Positions 1-11,593 are shown, counted from the stretch's first letter. The stretch is 64,000 nucleotides of DNA from Candidatus Poribacteria bacterium (GCA_036339735.1 JAYZAL010000021.1:1-64000), one strand, 5' to 3'. Numbers and translations are program-made. The notes: generated by a model not told the origin, from the letters alone.

Positions 1-1014
1 AAAAAAACTTACTTGACAAAAAACACACACAGACGAAGCAATATTAGCCGTAAAATCGAGAAAAGTTGAAAAATAGACTAGTCGATATTGGAACCCTCGA
101 GATAGAAGAACAACTGAAAATAAAAAAGCCGGACACTTAAAAGGTGAAAAATGTGTCCAGCAATTCACTGCAAGGAGAATCGAAAAGCCAATTTAGTCGC
201 TCTTTTAAGCTCGGGGTTTAGTTCTACGAACTGTTTTTTTGTTTGGTGAGAATTTCTATTTAACATGACGTTTGGTCTCATAACTAACTATCAGCAACAG
301 TAGAAAAACAGTAATACTAGGCGAGATCAATCTAGATAGAAGACCAATGGGTACCGAAACAAATGAAAGCGTCATTTCCCGGATGACTAAAGGAAAGGTA
401 TGGGTCATTAGTCCACGTGAATCAGTATAACCAGTCTGAAACACTATAATTTTCTCTTTGCTAGACCGTTAATTGGTGGATAGTTCGACTTTAGGATATT
501 GCCAATAATTCCCCAATAGTAGTATAAGAGCTGTCTTGCCTATGCGAATCGTAGCAATTTTGTGGACCATAAACGGCTGAATAGACATCATTATTATGAC
601 CAGTTAGAGTCAATAATTCTTGTCTTGGTAAAAATCTGTATTCGATCATTTTTTAACACATTTTCACCGGGGGTAGATGGAAGTTCATTAGAATGGAGAT
701 CTATCCAGATTTGAAGTGAAATCTGTACACATTGAAGACACAGGCTGAAAGAAATCTGAAAGATTAAACTCTTTCAGATCCTTGGGCATTGACATACATA
801 CGATTGAATACCTTGAATCCAACGTTTATAGCTGTAGACTCATCTCATTCCATTGCACTTACTCACACATAGCTAAAGAACTCAAAAAATTATGTACTTA
901 TTACCATCACACCAGATATTCTCATTAAACGCCCTTCAACACTCCGGTTTTCTGTTTGTTTCAAGGTGCGATAGGTATTACCTATCAAATTTTTGCAATT
1001 CATAGAGCCAATTT

Positions 1015-1812
1015 TTAGAGGGCCATATTTTCTTGGCTAAAGAAATTATTTGGTTTTTGATTTGTAAAATCGTGCTGCCAAACACCACGGAATAAGGTTT
1101 GCCGCTTAGGAGGCATCTTAGCAACAACCGAATATGGTAGATTCATTTTATGGTATTGGACTAAGCCAGCATTATAGCAATTCAGAATTGCCACCCGATC
1201 GTGAGTATCGGAGTTCCATGTCATACCAGCATGAGTTGTGTTTTCTGTGAAGATGACCACCGATCCTGCAGGACAAGAATAAGTTTCTAGAAGCGATGAG
1301 TCATGTTGAGTGTGAATTTCCGGCAAAGAAAAATTCATCTTGTGTGTCCCTGAAATAAAAGCAGTAGCTCCATCTCCTGGTTGAACTGGGTTCAGTTCCC
1401 AAACAACACGAGTTAAGCCGCTATAAATACGATCACGATAAACTCTATACCCATGTGGCCCATGCCAATGCCCTCCATGTGGACTAGGGCCAGTCTGATC
1501 TTTTTTTCGAATGATAGAAAAGCTATTTTCGCAACGAAATCCGTAACAATCATCGTTACGATCATTGTCCAAAATTTCCCTCAGTACACCGACCACTACC
1601 GGATGGTCAAGTAAAATTTGGGCTGGACCAGCTAGAGTATAACGATCTAATGGATCGATCGATTCAGCATTATTTTTTAAGTCAATTATGTGCTGACGGA
1701 TGGATTCGGTTTCATTTTTAGTTAACACACTAGGAATACAAATCCACCCTTTTAGATCAAATATGAAGCGTTGTTCATCTGTCATTGGAATATCAAGACC
1801 TTCAGTACTCAT
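1015..1812 (-). CDS. PhyH-family Fe(II)/2-oxoglutarate dioxygenase, HGG (HxG) variant
   Basis: N-terminal F..DL.GW motif, PHGG in place of HxD, FISGTHK, AGSVVIFTENTTH distal His, downstream Arg (DRVA). Confidence 0.85.
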   Translation of the reverse strand: MSTEGLDIPMTDEQRFIFDLKGWICIPSVLTKNETESIRQHIIDLKNNAESIDPLDRYTLAGPAQILLDHPVVVGVLREILDNDRNDDCYGFRCENSFSIIRKKDQTGPSPHGGHWHGPHGYRVYRDRIYSGLTRVVWELNPVQPGDGATAFISGTHKMNFSLPEIHTQHDSSLLETYSCPAGSVVIFTENTTHAGMTWNSDTHDRVAILNCYNAGLVQYHKMNLPYSVVAKMPPKRQTLFRGVWQHDFTNQKPNNFFSQENMAL

Positions 1813-1823
1813 GAAATTTCTCC

Positions 1824-2753
1824 CTACCAGCTAAGCTGTTCCAGATTACGTAAGTTCCCTGTGTAGATTAGTATTCGATGCTTAATAATTTCACTTTTCC
1901 CTTGCTCAATTTTCCAATCTCCCATTATCGATCTCGATGGTCCCACTCCAAATTGTCCATCTACTCGCCACGCTGTCGGTGAGTGATTATTCGTCGGATG
2001 GTCGAAAATAGCAATATGTGCAAAATCTTCTCTTTCCTCCACTTGCATACCTAGGTCAAGCCATGTGGCCCGTTTACCTTCGGCTGCTAAATCTTGGTCT
2101 CCAACTGAGTTGGTGACTTGAGCAAGCATCCCCCTACGCCAGGGCATACGCAAAAACATTCCACCATAGGGAAATTGATTGATTGTAATATCAGTTTTAG
2201 CTTCTCCTTTCCATTCTAGGTCTAATATATATTGTCCATTATCTAAACGCATAGACCAACTTTGGACTTCCACCATAATAGTTTCTCCGTCTTCGTCTAA
2301 CATATTATAGATAGTCTGCCATTCTACCTGTCGCGGGCTAGAACTAATCACTGAAGCCGATTTTAGTTGCCAGTGGTCCCCACCTGGATTATGAAAATAG
2401 TCTCGACCTACAGCCTGAGATATTTCCGTGGATTGGTGTCGAGATACGTAGAACCAATCTGATAATTTTTCTTTAGGGATAGGCGTCCCATTGACTCTAG
2501 TAAAACCCCAATAAAGACCTGTTTGGTGTTTATGGTGCCCAGGGCTGTATTCAGTTAAGCTTCCTTGCCCGTCAGGTGCAATGATGGGATGTAAGTAAGG
2601 ACGGTGATCTTTGCGAACATTTTGGGTAAGAATTGGTAAATCCCCATCTTGCCGATAAACCTTAATGGCACCAATTTTTTCGTCTTTCATTATTTTCAAG
2701 TTAGACTCTTCACTCGATCCGTACGCCACTGGATTATTTATATTGCTTGTCAA
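1824..2753 (-). CDS. PmoA-like (Methane oxygenase PmoA Pfam / DUF6807-type) beta-sandwich protein, not a true pMMO
   Basis: RPYLHP, HHKHQTGLYW, YGGMFLR, IFDHPTN, WRV motifs. Confidence 0.7.
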   Translation of the reverse strand: MTSNINNPVAYGSSEESNLKIMKDEKIGAIKVYRQDGDLPILTQNVRKDHRPYLHPIIAPDGQGSLTEYSPGHHKHQTGLYWGFTRVNGTPIPKEKLSDWFYVSRHQSTEISQAVGRDYFHNPGGDHWQLKSASVISSSPRQVEWQTIYNMLDEDGETIMVEVQSWSMRLDNGQYILDLEWKGEAKTDITINQFPYGGMFLRMPWRRGMLAQVTNSVGDQDLAAEGKRATWLDLGMQVEEREDFAHIAIFDHPTNNHSPTAWRVDGQFGVGPSRSIMGDWKIEQGKSEIIKHRILIYTGNLRNLEQLSW

Positions 2754-2867
2754 TGTAAGCTCCGTGAATTGTGAAACAATTTTTTTTACAATGTCAAATT
2801 CGTTCCTATACTTTTTTCTCTCTCATTCTTCTTGTTACTTTCAACCTTAAGCGCATTAACGACTATG

Positions 2868-4121
2868 TCAAATTGATGAAATTCGGTATCCCGGCCGGTC
2901 TGCTTTGAAAAGATCAGGATTTAGACGTACGCCGAGACCTGGTCTGATTGGTAAATCTATCATTCCGTTATGAATTTCAACTTCGACGTCTATTAATTCC
3001 TTGTAGACGGTCTCGATTTGTGCCCGTACAGTTTCCTGATAGCAATTATTTGCTACAGCTGCACCTACATGTAGCCCAGCAAATAAAGTCAGGGGGCCAG
3101 TACAGTCGTGCATACTAACAGGAATATTATAAGTTTCAGCCAAGTGAGCGATACGTTTAGTTTCAGAAATTCCTCCAACCCAAGTCGGGTCAATCATTAC
3201 ATAGTCGGTTGCTTGCTTCATAAGCACTGAATTGTAGTCAGCACGACTTAAAAGCATTTCGCTGACAGAGACTGGCATACGACTTTGGCGTCGAAAGTCC
3301 ACTAGAGTATCCAAATTATCCATTTTGATGATATCTTCTAACCACAGTGGTTGTACCTCTCTTAGGGCATCAGCTATCTGTAAAGCTACTGGTAGCTGAA
3401 AATGAGCATGTCCATCTACTAGAATATCTAATTTTGAACCTACTTTATCACGTATGTCTCGCAAAGGCTGTATTGCTGATTCGATAGCCTGTTGTGGTAC
3501 CCAAGTAGGTCCATATTCGATAGCTATCTGATCGAAAGGCCAGACTTTGAGTCCACGATAACCTAGTTCAACGAGTTCCTCAGCTAAAGCTACTGGTTCA
3601 TGAAACAACTTCCACGAATCACCTAACGGTCCTGGCTCGCCAATAGTGCCGAAACCGGGCCAACCTCTTTGACCAATTTTACTTGGTCCATATTGTGGAT
3701 TACCACAGCTATTGTAAACAGGGATTTTGTTACATACAGGACCTCCAAGTAATCGATAAATAGGTTGGTTGCAAACTTGGCCTAAAATATCCCACAGTGC
3801 TAAATCTAAAGCTGATAATGCCCGAATCTCAGTACCTCTTACTCCAAAATTAGCCGCTCGCTCATAAAGAAAACGCCAGTGAGATTCAATGGCAAGGGCG
3901 TCCTGCCCCAATAACCGGCGAGCCATCCAGTCGTGTAACATGGACTGGACAGCTTCAGCACAATAATAAGTCTCGCCGTGGCCAACTATTCCTTGATCAG
4001 TATGAACTCGAACCAATAGAAGATCAGGAAAAAATTCTAAAACCTGTACGCTCTCTATAGCAGTTACAGTCAGTCGCTGTTCGTCTAAGGGTACAGAAGG
4101 TAGGTGAGGTTTTTTACTCAT
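2868..4121 (-). CDS. Mandelate racemase/muconate lactonizing enzyme family (acid-sugar dehydratase-like)
   Basis: TDQGIVGHGE, ALSALDLALWDILG, PIYRLLGG, VDGH/WLED/VSE metal ligands, HDCTGP, PGLGV. Confidence 0.9.
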   Translation of the reverse strand: MSKKPHLPSVPLDEQRLTVTAIESVQVLEFFPDLLLVRVHTDQGIVGHGETYYCAEAVQSMLHDWMARRLLGQDALAIESHWRFLYERAANFGVRGTEIRALSALDLALWDILGQVCNQPIYRLLGGPVCNKIPVYNSCGNPQYGPSKIGQRGWPGFGTIGEPGPLGDSWKLFHEPVALAEELVELGYRGLKVWPFDQIAIEYGPTWVPQQAIESAIQPLRDIRDKVGSKLDILVDGHAHFQLPVALQIADALREVQPLWLEDIIKMDNLDTLVDFRRQSRMPVSVSEMLLSRADYNSVLMKQATDYVMIDPTWVGGISETKRIAHLAETYNIPVSMHDCTGPLTLFAGLHVGAAVANNCYQETVRAQIETVYKELIDVEVEIHNGMIDLPIRPGLGVRLNPDLFKADRPGYRISSI

Positions 4122-4168
4122 GATTTCTGGTCGTTATGGGGTAGACACTTATTCAATTTCGGTCATTA

Positions 4169-4687
4169 TCACTCTATTAGACGGCTATTAGCTTTTCTTT
4201 GTTTTTCTAATTCGATGACCCACTTATCGTGCGAAAATTGAACCGGGTTTGGTAGCCATTTGGCCAATTGACTCTGATATTCGGATGGAAAGTTGAACTC
4301 TGCAGCTGCAGCCACAATTCTATCTTGATAATTTAGCGAAGGCAAATTTTGACGGCCACTCAGGGCCTGACGATAAGATGCAATGTAAACTAGACATGAT
4401 CTTTCAGATGAGCCGGATTCTATGGTTACTATTTCTTTCCAATAAATCCCTTTAGACACACCTTCATATCCATCCAAAGAAACTTCACAAGCCTCCGTCA
4501 ATTTCCATACAACTCCCCACACTCGACTATTCTCTTCTGGTATAACTGTCGCAAAGCCACGCCCTTCGATTCTATAGCCGTAGTTATTTAACCAACCGGT
4601 TGATACCATAACGGCTGCGGGGCAACGGTAGTCCATTTGTCGCTGATCCATATTAGAACCGTAAGCGAAATATAATCTATTTGACAT
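4169..4687 (-). CDS. Gamma-glutamylcyclotransferase (AIG2-like/GGACT) family protein
   Basis: LYFAYGSNM, RCP, VWGVVW, LDGYEG. Confidence 0.9.
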   Translation of the reverse strand: MSNRLYFAYGSNMDQRQMDYRCPAAVMVSTGWLNNYGYRIEGRGFATVIPEENSRVWGVVWKLTEACEVSLDGYEGVSKGIYWKEIVTIESGSSERSCLVYIASYRQALSGRQNLPSLNYQDRIVAAAAEFNFPSEYQSQLAKWLPNPVQFSHDKWVIELEKQRKANSRLIE

Positions 4688-4695
4688 ATGATGAT

Positions 4696-5376
4696 TCAGG
4701 TCCCTCTAGTGTCTCCCCAAATGTCAACATGGAGACGTGGCGAATAACGATAACCGTACTTTTTACAAGTTTCCACGATCCAATTTTGCTTTTCTTGAAT
4801 CTGGTTGTTGGTAATTCCTTGTGGCATCAATACTATGATTGAAGCAGGAATTTGCATTTCTCTTTCTAGCTGGTGAATCTCAAATAAGTCTCTTTCAGTT
4901 TCTACAACAAACTTGAGTTGGCAACTGTAATAGTCCAAAAACTGACGTAGGACTGGTTGATTTATCCTATTTCGTTGGTGTTGCTTGAAGTGGTGGTTAA
5001 ACTCACTAGGGTTAGAATTTTCCAATTTAGGACTAATTGATAAGAGGTCAGCTTCAACTTTTTCGAACAAAGTGCCGTTAGTCTCGATGGTGATATGTTT
5101 ACCATTCTGCCTTAGACGACGACAAAGAATGGTCAAATCCTTAGATTGCATGAATGGTTCTCCACCGGTGATAACTACTTGCTTGCAGTTATGGGCCAGT
5201 ATAGCATCGACTGCATCTTCCACTGAAATATCTTTATCTTCTGGTTCCCAACTAGTGTAGGGGGTATCGCACCAAATACAGCGCAGGTTACAGTAACTAG
5301 TTCGGAAAAAGACCGAGGGATAACCAATTAATTGTCCTTCTCCTTGGATAGAGTAGAATATTTCGCTGTACTTCAT
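4696..5376 (-). CDS. queE: 7-carboxy-7-deazaguanine synthase QueE (radical SAM)
   Basis: EIFYSIQGEG, CNLRCIWCDT, ITGGEP, IETNGT, SISPK, SPRLH. Confidence 0.9.
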   Translation of the reverse strand: MKYSEIFYSIQGEGQLIGYPSVFFRTSYCNLRCIWCDTPYTSWEPEDKDISVEDAVDAILAHNCKQVVITGGEPFMQSKDLTILCRRLRQNGKHITIETNGTLFEKVEADLLSISPKLENSNPSEFNHHFKQHQRNRINQPVLRQFLDYYSCQLKFVVETERDLFEIHQLEREMQIPASIIVLMPQGITNNQIQEKQNWIVETCKKYGYRYSPRLHVDIWGDTRGT

Positions 5377-5411
5377 TACAATAATTTATTTGATATGGTT
5401 ATAACTATGGA

Positions 5412-7022
5412 CTAGGATAACATAAATCCGTGGTAGTCATCAGCTGCTACCTGCTGACACTTTTCAGCATAAGGTGGAAAACCGATCAGGGGCATAAAAG
5501 ACCTAGCTTTTCCCGGAATGTTTGACCCTAAGTACCAAGAATTACAACTAGTATACAGTGTATCCTTTGCTACTTGGTTGACGTGTTGTACCCATTCTAC
5601 TTCTGCTTGAACTGAAGCTTCGATTCGCGTATATCCTTTCAGTTCCATATACTGAAGGCAATCGCTAATCCATTCCACATGATGCTCGATGGCTACCATC
5701 ATATTCGTCAAGACTGATGGACTACCTGGTCCAGTAATAGTAAATAGGTTGGGAAATCCATTAATGCTGAGGCCTAGATAGTTATGTGGACCAGTTGACC
5801 ATTTTTCTTTTAGGCTAAGCTCACTTAGTCCAGAAATATCAATTTTCATTAACGCTCCTGTCATAGCATCAAAACCTGTAGCCATAACAATTAAATCTAA
5901 ATCATACTCTTGATTGAATAAACAAATACCGTTAGTGCTAAGTGACTGTATAGGATTGGCACTAATATCAACCAAATCGACATTTTTTCGATTGAAAGTT
6001 TGGAAATATCCATTTTCCAAAACTGGCCGTTTACAGCCCATTATATGATGAGGAGACAGGAGTCTTGCTCGTTTTGGATCTTCTACTACTTGGCTAATTT
6101 TATTCCTAATAAATTCGGCAGCAGTTTGATTCGATTGGCGGTTCGTCATCAGATCGTTAAACGTGTCGTAAAAAACAAATCCACCTTGCTGCCAGTTATC
6201 TTCGTACAAACGTTCCCGATCACTAGGGCTAACCGATAAAGCCGATCGTTGGTAAGTTTTTGTGCCGGACAGTTGCGCGCTACTTTGCTGTCGGTTTCGA
6301 TCGCGGAAACCTGAATAATCAGATTTGATTAGTTCTACTTCTTTTGGGTCTAGTGAGCAATTACCACTAGGAACAGCATATTGAGCTGTACGTTGGAAAA
6401 TAATCAATTTTTTGGCTTGCTTGGCTAACTCGGGAATAATTTGAACGCCTGAAGACCCGTTACCAATCACGCCAACTGTTTGGCCTGATAAACATACTTC
6501 ATTTTGTGGCCAACGAGAAGTATGATAAATAGGACCTTTGAAAGTAGAGAATCCTGGAATTTCGGGGATATTCGGACTAGACAAACAACCGGTGGCCATC
6601 AATAAAAATCGACAGATAAGTTGATTACCTGTATCCAAATCTAAATTCCACTGGTCTTTTTCTTCGCTGAAGTTAGCAGCTAATAAACGTGTATTGAATC
6701 TGATACTTGAACGTAATTCGAATCGATCGGCTACATGATTTAAGTATTTTAAAATCTCAGTTTGATTAGGATAACGCTCCGACCACTCCCATTCCTGTTC
6801 TAATTTAGAACAAAAGCTATAGGAATATTCCATACTATAGGTATCACAGCGAGCACCGGGATATCGATTCCAATACCAGGTTCCGCCTAGGTCTGCTCCA
6901 GCTTCAATTATCTGGCAAGACAGACCAACTTCCCTTAATTTATAAAGCATGTATAAGCCAGCAATACCAGCACCGACGACTACTGCATCGTAGAATGAGT
7001 TTTTAGGCCACAAACTATCCAT
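5412..7022 (-). CDS. Type I Baeyer-Villiger monooxygenase (CHMO/PAMO-like flavoprotein)
   Basis: GAGIAG, GGTWYWNRYPGARCD, BVMO fingerprint FKGPIYHTSRWP, GNGSSG, ATGFD. Confidence 0.93.
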   Translation of the reverse strand: MDSLWPKNSFYDAVVVGAGIAGLYMLYKLREVGLSCQIIEAGADLGGTWYWNRYPGARCDTYSMEYSYSFCSKLEQEWEWSERYPNQTEILKYLNHVADRFELRSSIRFNTRLLAANFSEEKDQWNLDLDTGNQLICRFLLMATGCLSSPNIPEIPGFSTFKGPIYHTSRWPQNEVCLSGQTVGVIGNGSSGVQIIPELAKQAKKLIIFQRTAQYAVPSGNCSLDPKEVELIKSDYSGFRDRNRQQSSAQLSGTKTYQRSALSVSPSDRERLYEDNWQQGGFVFYDTFNDLMTNRQSNQTAAEFIRNKISQVVEDPKRARLLSPHHIMGCKRPVLENGYFQTFNRKNVDLVDISANPIQSLSTNGICLFNQEYDLDLIVMATGFDAMTGALMKIDISGLSELSLKEKWSTGPHNYLGLSINGFPNLFTITGPGSPSVLTNMMVAIEHHVEWISDCLQYMELKGYTRIEASVQAEVEWVQHVNQVAKDTLYTSCNSWYLGSNIPGKARSFMPLIGFPPYAEKCQQVAADDYHGFMLS

Positions 7023-7244
7023 TTTTTACTGGATTGAGTCTAAATTGGGTTACCATTAGGTTGTATTGCTAAGCTCAAGTCAAATAACTAGAGATTATAT
7101 CAGTATAAGTTCCAAGAATTGAAAGGGAGTCTGAACACATAAAAAATTCTGATCTGCTTGGCCAACCAACCTCAGTCTATAAATGGACCTGAATATAGAA
7201 GATTAGGTTGAAATTGATAGTTGAGGCGTTAATGTTTCTTTGAC

Positions 7245-8324
7245 TCAACTCTGCAACCATATTTCAAGTGGGTGCTTCCTTTGTGTTAAAGGAACCATAA
7301 CTGGTTTTCCGAGCCTATGAGATTCATAGGTTCCCGCAATTAATTCGAGTGCTTTCAAAGCTTGTCGCCCACTGGTGGGGTGTTCTTTTCCTGTTTCAAG
7401 GCATCGAACGAATTCCTGTACAACTATTCGATATACTGAATTCCAACGATCTGAACCAAGTTCATCCGACCAGTCCGGAGATAGTTCAACCGGTTTCCAC
7501 TCATTGTCTTCTCGATTAGCTGACCAGAGAGCATCCGATCGATACATCATTGGAGCAGGTGATTCAGGTTGCCTAATAACCAAAGAGCCATCAGTTCCAA
7601 TCAGTTCGATGCCGAAATAGCTTGGGGTAGACATCCAAAATTCTGCTTGAGCAACTATTCCACTTTTTAACCCCAAAGATGTAGTAACTTTATCACCCGC
7701 GATTAATCCAAAACCACCAGAAGCACATTTAATATCTTCGGCTTCGATACCTCTACCTTCAACAGTAACATGGCCAAAAATCCAATCTACATCTCCGCCT
7801 AGTAAACGAATAATATCAAATAGATGTGTACCCAAATTGATCAAACAATGTCCAGCTGGTCGTGGGTCACGACATATGGCTCTAATTGATAGTAATTGAC
7901 CAATAAATCCATCTTCTACTAGCTCCTTAGCCCTTATGTGATATGGATCACATCTTCGCATATTGTGTATAGCCAAGTGGACGCCCGCTTTATCGCAAGC
8001 TTCGACCATCTCATCAGCTTGTTCTAACGAGATAGCGATCGGTTTCTCTCCGATTATATGGACGCCTTTTTGGGCGGCAGCTAAAACCATTTTGTAAAGC
8101 TGACTTGGGTCAGTATCAATTTCAAAAATATCCAAATTTTCGTTATCTAACATCTCGTGGTAATTTGAATAAATATTAGAAATACCATGATCTTGAAAGT
8201 GTTTCTTTTCTTCTTCTGTACTAGCTACAGCAGCAACTAGATCAATACTTGGTACTGCACTTAGAGAGTACAAATGGGAATTAATATGAGTGGAACCAGC
8301 TATGCCAGCTCGGTACTTTTTCAT
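7245..8324 (-). CDS. Gfo/Idh/MocA family oxidoreductase
   Basis: EKPIA, HNMRR, NLGTHLFD. Confidence 0.88.
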   Translation of the reverse strand: MKKYRAGIAGSTHINSHLYSLSAVPSIDLVAAVASTEEEKKHFQDHGISNIYSNYHEMLDNENLDIFEIDTDPSQLYKMVLAAAQKGVHIIGEKPIAISLEQADEMVEACDKAGVHLAIHNMRRCDPYHIRAKELVEDGFIGQLLSIRAICRDPRPAGHCLINLGTHLFDIIRLLGGDVDWIFGHVTVEGRGIEAEDIKCASGGFGLIAGDKVTTSLGLKSGIVAQAEFWMSTPSYFGIELIGTDGSLVIRQPESPAPMMYRSDALWSANREDNEWKPVELSPDWSDELGSDRWNSVYRIVVQEFVRCLETGKEHPTSGRQALKALELIAGTYESHRLGKPVMVPLTQRKHPLEIWLQS

Positions 8325-8517
8325 TGGATTCTCCCGTTCAATTTCGTTGACCAGCTACTTAATAAATAATTAGTCTAAGCTAATCCTTACACTAAATTCT
8401 CACTACCATGTATCTTAGTAACACTAATAATAAAAATGAGATTGATTTAGAATCGCTTAAGCGATCGAACTAGTAATTTGAAGATTTCAAACTATAGATA
8501 AGTCAACTAGAAATTTT

Positions 8518-9552
8518 CTATCTTGAAATTGGCAAATAAACTTTAGCGCTATTCCGCGATTGGGAAATTAACGCTGCTGAAAGGATCTCTAGTGTATTTC
8601 TAGCTCTTCTTGCCGGTGAACTACTAGGGATATCATTCCAGATCATCATTGCTAATTCCTGAACAGCAGGAATCAAAGCATCGCCGAAATGTGACGGATA
8701 GCCACCCAATTGCGGAAAAGTTGTTTCTTTCGGTGAGCCTTCAGGCTGATTAGTCTTCCAAAAAGTGCAGCCTGTATCTCTTACCTTGTAGCGTCCATTC
8801 GGTCCCAAGAGGTCAAATTCAAAGATAGATGGAGTCATCTTTGCACTGTTGACGATACCACGAATACCATTTTCAAACTCGATAATTAGTGTTGAGGCTG
8901 GGTCTAGACTAGGATCCTTACCACCTTCACCTTTGTATTCGGTACCATAATCTTCAAAACCTTTTTCGTGGGCGGCAATAACCCATACAGGATCAGAATC
9001 AGCGAAGTAACAAATACCATCAATTAGATGAGTCCCATTCCGAAAAAGCATAGACCTGCTACCACCCATATGAGCTACGACTCTTGTCAGATTGCCAATT
9101 TGGCCTTCTCTGATTGCTTGACGTACGCTTTGGTATACAGGTACCCAACTCCGAGTGTGGTCTACTGACATTTTTGTTCCATTACGCTCAATTGTTTCTA
9201 TTATTCGATCAGCATCTTTTAGGCTCGTAGTCAAAGGCTTTTCGCAGAAAATTCCTTTGACTCCCGCGTCTGAAGCATCACAGACAGGGTTGGTATGATG
9301 GTCATCAGGTGTGGCAACACTGACTACATCTAACTTTTCGATTTCCAACATTTTTTGATAGTCCATGTATTCACGGACACTACCTCGTTCAATTTTCGAA
9401 CGCTCAAAGAAAGCCTCAATGACCTCAGACTTTATATCGCAAATAGCCACCAACTCAAATTTGTCGGCTTGGCTGTAGGCATAACCATGCGAAGCACCCA
9501 AACCGCAGCCAATTACACCCGCACGTAACTTTTGACTTGTCATTTTGTTCAC
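8518..9552 (-). CDS. Gfo/Idh/MocA family oxidoreductase
   Basis: GVIGCG, VATPDDHH, FCEKP, NGTHLID. Confidence 0.9.
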   Translation of the reverse strand: MNKMTSQKLRAGVIGCGLGASHGYAYSQADKFELVAICDIKSEVIEAFFERSKIERGSVREYMDYQKMLEIEKLDVVSVATPDDHHTNPVCDASDAGVKGIFCEKPLTTSLKDADRIIETIERNGTKMSVDHTRSWVPVYQSVRQAIREGQIGNLTRVVAHMGGSRSMLFRNGTHLIDGICYFADSDPVWVIAAHEKGFEDYGTEYKGEGGKDPSLDPASTLIIEFENGIRGIVNSAKMTPSIFEFDLLGPNGRYKVRDTGCTFWKTNQPEGSPKETTFPQLGGYPSHFGDALIPAVQELAMMIWNDIPSSSPARRARNTLEILSAALISQSRNSAKVYLPISR

Positions 9553-10441
9553 CCTAGGTTTTTGATATGTCCAGATTGATATGTCCTCACTTACCTTTTT
9601 CGGGGTACCAGTTTATTTATCTTCGCTTGCAAACTGAGACTAAGGACTGATCAACAATACGCGAAAGAAATGATTTTTCGATTGTAAAGAAAATTCAGTA
9701 GATGGAGATATCGATAGATTCATTGACTAAATCTTACTTCAAATAGAAAAATCGTGGTCTAAACCTTCTCTAATCTAAGTTCTTGATAGAGTATCAACTT
9801 TTATTGGTTGTCAACATTTCTTTATGTTACCCCCGTCATCTATAACTAAAATCGAATTGGTTCGTATTTTATTTCTTTTCTCATATCAAACGAAGGTCCG
9901 TATATTCGTACCCACGGACAAAAAATAGGTTTTCTGAATGATTTTGAACTAACTTAAATTATGTGCAGACAACATTCTAGGATTAGATTAAATCAAAACA
10001 TTTACAATGGCACATAAATTTACCACATTCTTATCGGTTAAATTCAAGTCAACCAGTAAATTGCATGCCTTCATATCTAAACAGGAAGACTAGCCTGACT
10101 TTCGAACTTACCAGATTATAAAGCCGAATTCCTTAAGCCAACGAAAAAATGTAGGCTAATCTAGTATTCCATCAAAAGGGCACCTTCAGCTGACCTCGAT
10201 TTTTTTAACAATTTTTGTTGTACCTTTTCTATATTCTATGTGGGTAATAACCTAATGGTACTATCTCAGATAGTAGTATATTTTACTTACTAAACACCCG
10301 TTATTATCAAACTAATCTAATTTTGGTGAAGTCATGTGATCGCGTAATCAGTATTGGATGAATTGTTTGATAACAGGCGCTCAAATCTTTCTTCAATTTC
10401 GTTTTTGAAAATTAAGAAAGATAAACAATGGGCCAGATACA

Positions 10442-11593
10442 TCAACCAATTATTTCATCCATTTTTTGTATGGCTTGCCTGACCCAGTCCAAGTGCGTTG
10501 GTGGCATAATGCCATAATTGTAAAAAGAAACGTTCCTAACTCCGGCTTCTACAGCAGTTCCAACGGTTTGTTTGAGAGTATCGACGTCTGGCGTAGCACT
10601 ACCGTAAACTGAGTAGCCAGTCAGAATTTGGTCAGCAGATCCGATTCGCTGAACGGTCGATTCTATAGTTTTTTTTACCTGTTTAGGATCAGCCGTATAA
10701 GTCAGAATTTCTACTTTGTCACAAATGTCAGCAATGGAATCAGTATTTAGCCCACCACCCATCATAATAAAGTCTAACTCACAACTAGTAGCCTGCTTGA
10801 TTTCACCTAGTAGGCTTTCAACGATCTGTTCCTGCATCTGCATGTAGTTAGCTAAGTCAGGAATTCGGTGCAAATAATCCTGCCAGCTCAAGTTTGTTTT
10901 GCCTTGACTTAAAACGACATTGAGGTCCGATTTTACTTGCTCAGTAAGCAAACTGATGTCGATATTTGCTTCTACTCCATGTTGCTGACAAGAATAACAG
11001 AAACACAGATCCATCAAACTCTTGGCAGTGCCAAAATCAACGCCAAACTTGCTGTGATAATGGTTGTGCCCAAATCCCATATAGCTCAAAGATTCGATTT
11101 CAATAATATCTATTCCACGATTTTCTAGTTCTTTAGATAAGTTGATAACGTAGGATCTTACCTGAGGATTGGCTGGGCATAAGCCATAGCTATAGTTATC
11201 ACCATAAACGTTCTGCTGAGCGCAATCAGGGTGGTTGCTGCCAAGAAAGCTGTTGTGTAGATAAACCGTCCAAGACTTAGGTGCAATACCTTTTCGCTGG
11301 CAACTATCGATAAATTTATCTAGAATACAGTTATCTTGGACCATCGGATGAATATTAGGTGATAGTGGGCTTCTCTGACAAAAATCAACGGTTGGTTGAA
11401 AGTACAAGCTCGCGTTAGCTGAGCGAAATATTTTTTCACGAACTGCGCGTGGTCGAAGATGTTCAACACTGTGGTAAGCCGTAGCTAGCGAGATAGTATT
11501 GATACCAATTTCTTCAGCTAGGTGTGAAACGACACCGTCTATGTTGGTATCTACTAGATCCCAAGGGTAAACCCAGATCGCTTTTTGATTCAT
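10442..11593 (-). CDS. Uncharacterised TIM-barrel, glycoside-hydrolase-like protein
   Basis: WVYPWD, LATAYH, W.VYLH, LCPANP, FYNYG pattern of GH-like barrels; RBS upstream. Confidence 0.55.
   Translation of the reverse strand: MNQKAIWVYPWDLVDTNIDGVVSHLAEEIGINTISLATAYHSVEHLRPRAVREKIFRSANASLYFQPTVDFCQRSPLSPNIHPMVQDNCILDKFIDSCQRKGIAPKSWTVYLHNSFLGSNHPDCAQQNVYGDNYSYGLCPANPQVRSYVINLSKELENRGIDIIEIESLSYMGFGHNHYHSKFGVDFGTAKSLMDLCFCYSCQQHGVEANIDISLLTEQVKSDLNVVLSQGKTNLSWQDYLHRIPDLANYMQMQEQIVESLLGEIKQATSCELDFIMMGGGLNTDSIADICDKVEILTYTADPKQVKKTIESTVQRIGSADQILTGYSVYGSATPDVDTLKQTVGTAVEAGVRNVSFYNYGIMPPTHLDWVRQAIQKMDEIIG

Noticed and set aside
256-444. Short ORFs 256..444, 25885..26067, 25888..26274, 28400..28639, 29374..29559, 33630..33938 and 34004..34246
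   Set aside because: No recognisable motifs or convincing RBS. Some may be decayed gene fragments but I cannot assign them.
1824-2753. Methane oxidation (PmoA name)
   Set aside because: Soluble beta-rich protein with no TM helices and no pmoB/pmoC; the family name is misleading.
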